Made by a program: the position numbers and the translations under genes. From Verrucomicrobiota bacterium (lineage in GTDB: Bacteria; Verrucomicrobiota; Verrucomicrobiia; Limisphaerales; SXQI01), in NCBI GenBank assembly GCA_033762115.1, contig JANRLX010000014.1, positions 1-32,598 of the forward strand: a DNA stretch of 32,598 nt, written 5' to 3'. The number at the start of each line of letters is the position of its first letter. Positions within the stretch are counted from its first letter, which is position 1. Positions 26,435 to 32,598 of the stretch are shown piece by piece. A model generated the notes under the pieces. The model was not told where the DNA came from. It saw only the letters and a list, made by a program, of their open reading frames with translations, and ran no database searches.

Positions 26435-28852
26435 TTATTTAACATTAGGCAGTTCAAACCAAAAAACACTTCCCTTTCCTTCTTCTGACATTAACCCGAT
26501 TCTTCCATTCATCCGTTCAATGGCCTTGGCAACAATCGCCAGCCCCACCCCCGATCCGGGATACTCATTGGAGGAATGGAGCCGTTGAAATGGTTGAAAG
26601 ATTTTGTCGTGGTGTCTTTTGGCGATTCCAATTCCATTATCTTCTATATGGAGCCGGACGTAGTCACCCATTGGTTCAGCAAAAATACGTACCTTTGGCG
26701 CTGTTCCTGATGCGACATATTTCAGTGCGTTCCCAATCAGGTTGCAAATCACCTGTTCCAATGCAGTGCGGTTGGCCATGACAGCCGGAAGCGGATTTTC
26801 AATGGAGATACTCGCCTGTTTCTCCCGGAAGGTAGCTTCCATTTGCGTGCCACAAGCCTCAAGAACCTCTCCCAGCATCACTGGCTTCAAAGGCAACTCG
26901 CCACGGCGAATCTGGCTGAAGGCGAGCAAATCCCCTATGAGCGTTTCCATCCGTTCCGCCGCGAGAACGATCCGATTCAAGTAATTTCGAACGGTTTCAT
27001 CCAGCGCCTCAGTTTTTTCCTGAAGCAGGAAGGTGCTGTAACCTTTGACTGCGCGGGCAGGCGCTCGCAAATCATGCGAAACAGAGTAGTTAAACTGTTC
27101 AAGTTGCTGATTCAGTTCCTCCATGTTTTTTTGGGAACGAATCAGCTCATACTGATTCCGCACACGGGCTTTCAGTTCCTCGGGGTGGAACGGTTTAACC
27201 AGATAATCCCGGGCCCCTGCTCGAAGTAACTCGACTCTTAACGGGTCATCTGCGCGCGCAGAAAGGACAATAACGGGGGTATTTTCTGTGGCGGGGTTCG
27301 AACGCATGGAGCGAATCAATTGATCGCCGCTCATCCCGGGCATCATAATGTCCGTGACCACCACATCAAACTTTGTCACGGATAATTTGGCCAATGCTTC
27401 ATTTCCGTCCTTTGCCCGAGCTACATTGCATTCCTCATGCAAGATATCCATGATGAATTGCGCCATTTCGTTATTATCTTCCGCAACAAGTACCTTTGCT
27501 CCAGAAAGAACCCTGTTCAGGTTTTCCACTGGAGCGCTGCCCGATTGCAGTTCGGCGACTGCTTGAGCAGCCACAGATTCAATTGACTGTTGCAGTTCAA
27601 TGCCTTTCTGAACCTCTGCTCCCTCGGGGGCATGAATTGGCAGTTCGATCTCGAACAGGGCACCGCCACCCGGAGCCTCCATGATCTTGATTGTTCCGTG
27701 ATGCAGAAGAACGAATTCGCGGGCAATTGCCAGACCAAGGCCGGTCCCGCCTGCTTCCCTGTTCTTCCCTCCTTCCAATTGGCGGAATCGCTCAAAAATG
27801 ACTTCGCGCTTGTCTGGTGGAATGCCTGGACCGTTGTCCTGGACACTCAAAAGCACCTTCCCTTCCCGTTGAGCTACTTCCAAATGAATTGTGCCTCCCG
27901 GCGGCACAAACTTGAAGGCGTTTGATAAAAGATTAAATAAAATCCGTTCGACTTTTTCCTTGTCGATTTGGGCATCAAGCCGGTCCGGGGTCTTGATTGT
28001 AAAATGGAGTCCTTTGCTTGAAGCGAGGGATGGAAAATAAGATCCCACCAACCGGGCAAGAGATGCGACATCCACTTCACTGTAACGGATCATCATCCGG
28101 CCGGCATCAATCTTGGAAAGATCCAGGAGTTCATTGACGTGGCGAAGCAGCAACGCGCCATTTCGCCGAATGATTTCAAAATCACGGCGGGTTTCGGGAG
28201 AATGCTCCTGTTTCTCCAATTGGCGATCACTCAGGCCAAGAATGATGGTCAGCGGAGTGCGAAGTTCATGGCTGACATTGGCAAAAAAATCGGTCTTGAG
28301 CTGGTCAAGGTCCCGGACCCGTTTGTAAACCTCCTCCAGTTCCCGGTGGGCTGCTTCCAGTTTGACTCTCCGGGTTTCAGAAGCCTTGGCTGTTTCGATC
28401 AGCAGGAATATTTTTGGTAAAATGAGTGGAAAGGCCGCGGCTGTGGCAACTGAAGCGACGGCTGTGATCAATTTGATGTTACCCGAAAGCCAGTAGGTTG
28501 GCCGCCACATCGTCCAGACTTCCATGAAGTGGGTGAACCCGCAGGTAATGATAAACAATCCGAATGCCAGGAACATCCATTGAAATGGAATATCTTTTCG
28601 CGCCTTGTAAACGAGGTAAGCGAGCATCCCTGAAATGGCCAGGTAGGAAAGGCCAATCAATGCGTCCGAACTGACATGCAGCCAGACCACACGATCATTT
28701 CCAAGATAGCAATGCAGGTGCGGCATGAATCCGCGGCTGGAAAAGAGGTTCGCCCAGGTTGGCATCAGGATCAGCACAACACTTACCGGGGCCACTACCA
28801 GAACCCCGAACACCATGGCGGAAGTTCGAATTCCTCGAAGACTCTGAAACAT
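26435..28852 (-). CDS. Hybrid sensor histidine kinase: ETR1-type ethylene-binding-like TM domain + HisKA-HATPase + REC + HisKA-HATPase
   Basis: SDALIGLSYLAI...FGLFIITCGFTH; H-boxes SHELRTP and SHDLRAP; two N/G-box sets; receiver VTDIMMPGMSG...KPF. Start codon uncertain. Confidence 0.92.
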   Translation of the reverse strand: MFQSLRGIRTSAMVFGVLVVAPVSVVLILMPTWANLFSSRGFMPHLHCYLGNDRVVWLHVSSDALIGLSYLAISGMLAYLVYKARKDIPFQWMFLAFGLFIITCGFTHFMEVWTMWRPTYWLSGNIKLITAVASVATAAAFPLILPKIFLLIETAKASETRRVKLEAAHRELEEVYKRVRDLDQLKTDFFANVSHELRTPLTIILGLSDRQLEKQEHSPETRRDFEIIRRNGALLLRHVNELLDLSKIDAGRMMIRYSEVDVASLARLVGSYFPSLASSKGLHFTIKTPDRLDAQIDKEKVERILFNLLSNAFKFVPPGGTIHLEVAQREGKVLLSVQDNGPGIPPDKREVIFERFRQLEGGKNREAGGTGLGLAIAREFVLLHHGTIKIMEAPGGGALFEIELPIHAPEGAEVQKGIELQQSIESVAAQAVAELQSGSAPVENLNRVLSGAKVLVAEDNNEMAQFIMDILHEECNVARAKDGNEALAKLSVTKFDVVVTDIMMPGMSGDQLIRSMRSNPATENTPVIVLSARADDPLRVELLRAGARDYLVKPFHPEELKARVRNQYELIRSQKNMEELNQQLEQFNYSVSHDLRAPARAVKGYSTFLLQEKTEALDETVRNYLNRIVLAAERMETLIGDLLAFSQIRRGELPLKPVMLGEVLEACGTQMEATFREKQASISIENPLPAVMANRTALEQVICNLIGNALKYVASGTAPKVRIFAEPMGDYVRLHIEDNGIGIAKRHHDKIFQPFQRLHSSNEYPGSGVGLAIVAKAIERMNGRIGLMSEEGKGSVFWFELPNVK

Positions 28853-29030
28853 AAGCTTGTTTTGTTGTCAGCCTGTCCTTGACCGATTTGGCTGCATCTT
28901 TGAGATGGAATATTCTGCAACAAGCATTTGCCGGTTTAAAGTTGAAACATCAGACCGGCGGAAATGGTTGTTGCTTGAATGTAACAGAAACGCCGTTGAA
29001 GCAAAGCAGGCGAATGCTAGTAGAAGGTTG

Positions 29031-29408
29031 ATGAGTTCGCGTGTGCTGGTTGTTGATGATGAAGTTGATATTCAGGATCTGGTTAAATTTAATCTTCAGG
29101 CTGAGGGCTACGATGTCATCCAGGCATTGACAGCTGAGGATGCAATTCGTCTTTCCAGCGAGGGAAAGCCGGATTTAATCATTCTCGATCTCATGCTCCC
29201 GGACCTGGATGGAATTTCCGTATGCGAAATCATCAAGCGGAACGAGGTCACCTCGCAAACCCCGATTCTCATGCTCACCGCATGGTCCAGCATGCAATCC
29301 CGGGTGCTTGGAATTGAAGCCGGGGCGGACGATTACATGTCCAAACCTTTCAGCCCCAAGGAGCTTTCGATGCGAGTTCAGCGAATCCTGGCCCAGCAGG
29401 CCCGCTAA
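29031..29408 (+). CDS. Single-domain response regulator (PhoB/OmpR-like receiver with no output domain)
   Basis: VLVVDDE, ILDLMLPDLDG, MLTA, GADDYMSKPF; 125 aa. Confidence 0.9.
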   Translation: MSSRVLVVDDEVDIQDLVKFNLQAEGYDVIQALTAEDAIRLSSEGKPDLIILDLMLPDLDGISVCEIIKRNEVTSQTPILMLTAWSSMQSRVLGIEAGADDYMSKPFSPKELSMRVQRILAQQAR

Positions 29409-29417
29409 TCCGCTCAT

Positions 29418-29445
29418 TTGCGTACTGCCCTTACCGTGTTATAAT
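29418..29445 (+). promoter_or_regulatory. Sigma70 promoter upstream of the MBL-fold gene
   Basis: TTGCGT-N16-TATAAT with an extended TG. Confidence 0.6.
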
Positions 29446-29549
29446 CCTTTCACTCATGGAGCCCTTTGGCAAACCGCCTGCTTGGTTGCAGGCATGGCGC
29501 TGAACTGCGGTTCCTGAAGTTTAAAACCTATACAAATTGGAGTTCCAAA

Positions 29550-30509
29550 TTGAGTAAAGCATTTAGCAGACGCAATTTTCTTGCAACAGGCAGCCTGGCA
29601 ATCGCCGGAGGAACAGTCTGGCTAAATCTGTCTCAATCGAAGGCATCCCGCTTTTTGAGGGCGCGAGCGGCCGAAATTGCCAAACCTGCCTTAAACGCCG
29701 GTCACAAGCCGGATCCGAACTCATGGAGTGACCATGAACTCACGGCCTCATGGCTGGGTCATTCAACGGTGCTGATCAATTTTTTCGGCGTCAATATCCT
29801 GACCGATCCGGTGCTGTTTTCCAGGGTCGGCGCAAACGTCGGTTCGCTGACAGTTGGCCCGAAGCGTCGTGAAGCGCCTGCTTTGACAGCCTCGGAGCTG
29901 CCGAGAATTGACCTTGTGCTGCTTTCGCACGCTCATTTCGATCATTTCGATATTCCCAGTTTGCAGCAACTGAAAGCTTCCACCGTTGTGGCCACCGCAG
30001 CCAATACCTCAGACCTTTTTTCAGAGACTGCCCTGCGCGCGATTAATGAATTTAAATGGGGTGAATCGCGAAAAATCGAAACCGCTTCCGGTGTCATTGA
30101 AGTTTCGGCTTTCCAGGTGCGGCATTGGGGAGCCCGCATCCGTCATGATCAGCATCGCGGCTATAATGGGTATGTTTTGAAGCGGGGTGGCAAATCGGTC
30201 CTGTTTGGCGGCGACACCGCACTTTGCGACACGTTCAAGGATGCGCGCTGTGCCCAGGCGATCGACCTGGCCTGCATGCCCATTGGCGCTTACAATCCCT
30301 GGGTCAACTCCCATTGTAATCCTGAAGAGGCAGTTCAAATGGCGAATGATGCCAATGCCAATTACATACTGCCCATGCATCACTTCACCTTCCGTTTTGG
30401 TCGCGAACCGTGGAACGAACCGATGGAACGTTTGGAAGCCGCTCTTGATAAGGAACAGGAGCGGATCGCCTTAAAAAAAGCCGGGCAGACCTTCACTCTC
30501 CCTTCCTGA
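29550..30509 (+). CDS. Tat-exported MBL-fold metallo-hydrolase (RomA/NAPE-PLD-like)
   Basis: SRRNFL Tat motif; WLGHS, LTDPV, SHAHFDHFD, HWG, GGDT, PIGAY, PMHH. Confidence 0.88.
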   Translation: MSKAFSRRNFLATGSLAIAGGTVWLNLSQSKASRFLRARAAEIAKPALNAGHKPDPNSWSDHELTASWLGHSTVLINFFGVNILTDPVLFSRVGANVGSLTVGPKRREAPALTASELPRIDLVLLSHAHFDHFDIPSLQQLKASTVVATAANTSDLFSETALRAINEFKWGESRKIETASGVIEVSAFQVRHWGARIRHDQHRGYNGYVLKRGGKSVLFGGDTALCDTFKDARCAQAIDLACMPIGAYNPWVNSHCNPEEAVQMANDANANYILPMHHFTFRFGREPWNEPMERLEAALDKEQERIALKKAGQTFTLPS

Positions 30510-30612
30510 CTTACATCCCATCTGCGGATGGTGCGTTTATTCTAATCCCGATTCGGGTTCCCTCCTGATTGCGAGGAGTCTGCTCCAACCTACCTTGCTG
30601 GAGGAGGAAATT

Positions 30613-31098
30613 ATGGGATGCCTCGCTGGAATGCGGCGCCGTTGCATGGGAGCAAAGCCGGAGAAAACATTGATCAGGGTACTCTTCGAGGTCACCGCGA
30701 TTATCTTTGTTTTTCATTACATGCTTCAACCGATTCAAATCATCGGTTCCAGTATGTCACCGACTTATCAGGATGGATCACTTAACCTGATGAACCGCGT
30801 CTGCTATAAAAGAACAAATCCCAATCGTGGGGACGTTGTTGTGGTCGAGAATGAGGGTGAGACGCTTCTGAAGCGCATTGTCGCCATCCCAGGCGAGCGA
30901 ATCTCAATTGAGCAGGGCACGCTTCGCATTAATGGACACATTTTTGAAAATGATCCTTTTGGGGCGATTCGCATTCCGTGGGAACTTTCCTCGCAGCAAT
31001 TGCGAGCGAATGAATATTTTGTCATTGGAGACAATCGTAATGCGACCGTCTTCTGCAAAGTCCATAAATCCAAAATTCTCGGAAAAGTAATTTTTTAA
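30613..31098 (+). CDS. lepB: Signal peptidase I
   Basis: GSSMSPT (Ser), RGDVVV, LKRIVAIPGE (Lys), YFVIGDNR; SD GGAGGAGG before ATG 30613. Confidence 0.85.
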   Translation: MGCLAGMRRRCMGAKPEKTLIRVLFEVTAIIFVFHYMLQPIQIIGSSMSPTYQDGSLNLMNRVCYKRTNPNRGDVVVVENEGETLLKRIVAIPGERISIEQGTLRINGHIFENDPFGAIRIPWELSSQQLRANEYFVIGDNRNATVFCKVHKSKILGKVIF

Positions 31099-31138
31099 AC
31101 CATCAGTGGAATTTATTTTGGAACGTTTAATCCATTGT

Positions 31139-31167
31139 TTGCAAAGAAGTGATGCGCGGCCCATGAT
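31139..31167 (+). promoter_or_regulatory. Putative sigma70 leaderless promoter of the AddB-like gene
   Basis: TTGCAA-N17-CATGAT-N6-TTG. Confidence 0.5.
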
Positions 31168-31173
31168 AACAGC

Positions 31174-32598
31174 TTGAAAAAGCGTTTCCTGCTCGGGCCT
31201 GCCGGTTCCGGCAAGACTTTTCAATGTCTTGCCGAAGCGCGTGCCTGTCTGCGTGAATCCCAGAGAGGGAAACCGCTCCTTTTTATTGCACCCAAACAGG
31301 CAACCTACCAATTGGAGCGTGAGTTGCTCAGTGCGGATGAACTCGTCGGGTTCTCGCGGCTGCATATTGTTTCTTTCGAGCGATTGGCTCGGTTCGTTTT
31401 TGATAAGTTGGGCTTGCCGGTTCCTGAAATTTTATCCGAACCGGCGCGAGTGATGGCTCTCAAGGCTCTCCTGCTCCGCCATCAGGAAGAACTTTCCATT
31501 TTTTCCCGGGCAGCGAGGAAACCGGGCTTTGCCGCGGAATTATCAAACCTGCTTCGCGAATTTCAGGAACAGCAACTCACTCCAACAGCGCTCCGAAAAA
31601 CGATTCAGTTGTGCCGTCATCCGGAACTCAAACAGAAACTCCAGGATTTTGCACTGATCTGGGAGAACTATTCCGCATGGCTGACCCGGCAATCCTTGAT
31701 TGATTCAGGGGATCTTCTGGAATCGGCCACTCGACTAATTATAGAACAGGGCTCGGCGCTTCAGATTGAAGCAATCTGGCTTGATGGGTTTGCCCAGATG
31801 ACTCCACAGGAACGTGGCCTGTTTCGGGCAATCACCAGAAAGAGCGAAGCTGTTACGATTGCCTTTTGTTTACCCGGTGAAAAGCTGTATGGTTCCGAAT
31901 GGCAGGGACCGTGGCACCTCGTTCATCAATCCTTTCTCCGACTCCGCAATGAACTTGCCTCGATTGGACCGTGGGAGGTTGAAGTCCTTGAACTTTCTGG
32001 TGGGAAGCACCGCTTCATTCAATCCCCCACCCTCTTCGAATTGGAGAAAGGATTGCGGAATGGTGTGCCCATGCTCCAACCGGCAGGCGATGGGTTGAAA
32101 ATTGTTTCCTGCCTGAATGTTGAAGAGGAAGCGCAGCTTGCCGTGGATGAAATCCTGCGGTTTGTACGCTCCGGCGGCCGCTTTCGGGAAGTGGCTGTGC
32201 TTGTGAGATCGTTGGACGCTTTTGCTTCCCCTCTTCAACGCGCATTGAATCGTTATCGAATCCCCCTCTTCCTGGATCGGCGGGAGCCAATCGCCCATCA
32301 TCCGATTTCGGAACTTACCCGGGGAGCGATGCGGCTCGCACGACATGGTTGGAATCACGAAGATATTTTTCGCACGCTAAAGTCCGGCCTCTGCCAGATT
32401 GATAATGCTGATCTTTACTGGTTTGAAAACTGTGCGTTATCAAGTGGCTGGACCCAGGAAGATTGGGAGCAGGGCCTCGCTTTGAGAAAACCGGATCCTT
32501 CCCTTCAAAGCCAGGTCGCAAACATTTATGAGAGGCTCATGTTGCCATTGCTCCCGTTTCTTAAACGTGTCACAGGACGCGTCTCGGGAATTGCCATT
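31174..32598 (+). CDS. AddB/RexB-like helicase-nuclease subunit (N-terminal part; runs off the window edge)
   Basis: Not in the ORF track. (M)KKRFLLGPAGSGKT...LLFIAPKQATYQLERELL...VSFERLA...IWLDGFAQMTPQE...RFREVAVLVR...IPLFLDRR. Confidence 0.85.
   Translation, partial: MKKRFLLGPAGSGKTFQCLAEARACLRESQRGKPLLFIAPKQATYQLERELLSADELVGFSRLHIVSFERLARFVFDKLGLPVPEILSEPARVMALKALLLRHQEELSIFSRAARKPGFAAELSNLLREFQEQQLTPTALRKTIQLCRHPELKQKLQDFALIWENYSAWLTRQSLIDSGDLLESATRLIIEQGSALQIEAIWLDGFAQMTPQERGLFRAITRKSEAVTIAFCLPGEKLYGSEWQGPWHLVHQSFLRLRNELASIGPWEVEVLELSGGKHRFIQSPTLFELEKGLRNGVPMLQPAGDGLKIVSCLNVEEEAQLAVDEILRFVRSGGRFREVAVLVRSLDAFASPLQRALNRYRIPLFLDRREPIAHHPISELTRGAMRLARHGWNHEDIFRTLKSGLCQIDNADLYWFENCALSSGWTQEDWEQGLALRKPDPSLQSQVANIYERLMLPLLPFLKRVTGRVSGIAI

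Noticed and set aside
29468..29520. GGCAAACC + hairpin resembling a c-di-GMP-I riboswitch
   Set aside because: No GNRA tetraloop and no GACGCAAA/receptor match.

Overview
Bacterial chromosomal window; gene content (PSCyt/PSD1 cytochrome-domain protein, ECF sigma with a C-terminal extension, FG-GAP/ASPIC-UnbV protein) points to the PVC superphylum, most likely Verrucomicrobiota (inference). The flanks are core-like: hisH (partial), a GmhB-like HAD protein, a LOG-M16 peptidase-pabB-pabC-like operon, OmpA/MotB, PIG-L deacetylase, serine hydrolase, AIM24, POT transporter, BLUF protein, rpsU, signal peptidase I and a partial AddB-like gene. An accessory region starts at tRNA-Leu(CAA) (7122-7208). 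Its first block is bounded by a degenerate 56-bp copy of the tRNA 3' part (10885-10940) and has no integrase. It holds a decayed RelE/Gp49-type toxin gene with an intact operator palindrome, plus a membrane-tethered ECF sigma factor and an FG-GAP protein that share an identically spaced promoter-like motif. A second, more AT-rich block encodes a probably frameshifted ~943-aa secreted protein with a His-Gly...Cys (clan CD-like) C-terminal domain and a tightly coupled unknown partner. Other highlights are an ETR1-type ethylene-binding-like domain on a double-kinase hybrid sensor with a divergent receiver gene, and six sigma70 promoters whose -10 box lies exactly 6 nt before the start codon (leaderless signature). 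All calls come from reading motifs by eye; no database search was run.
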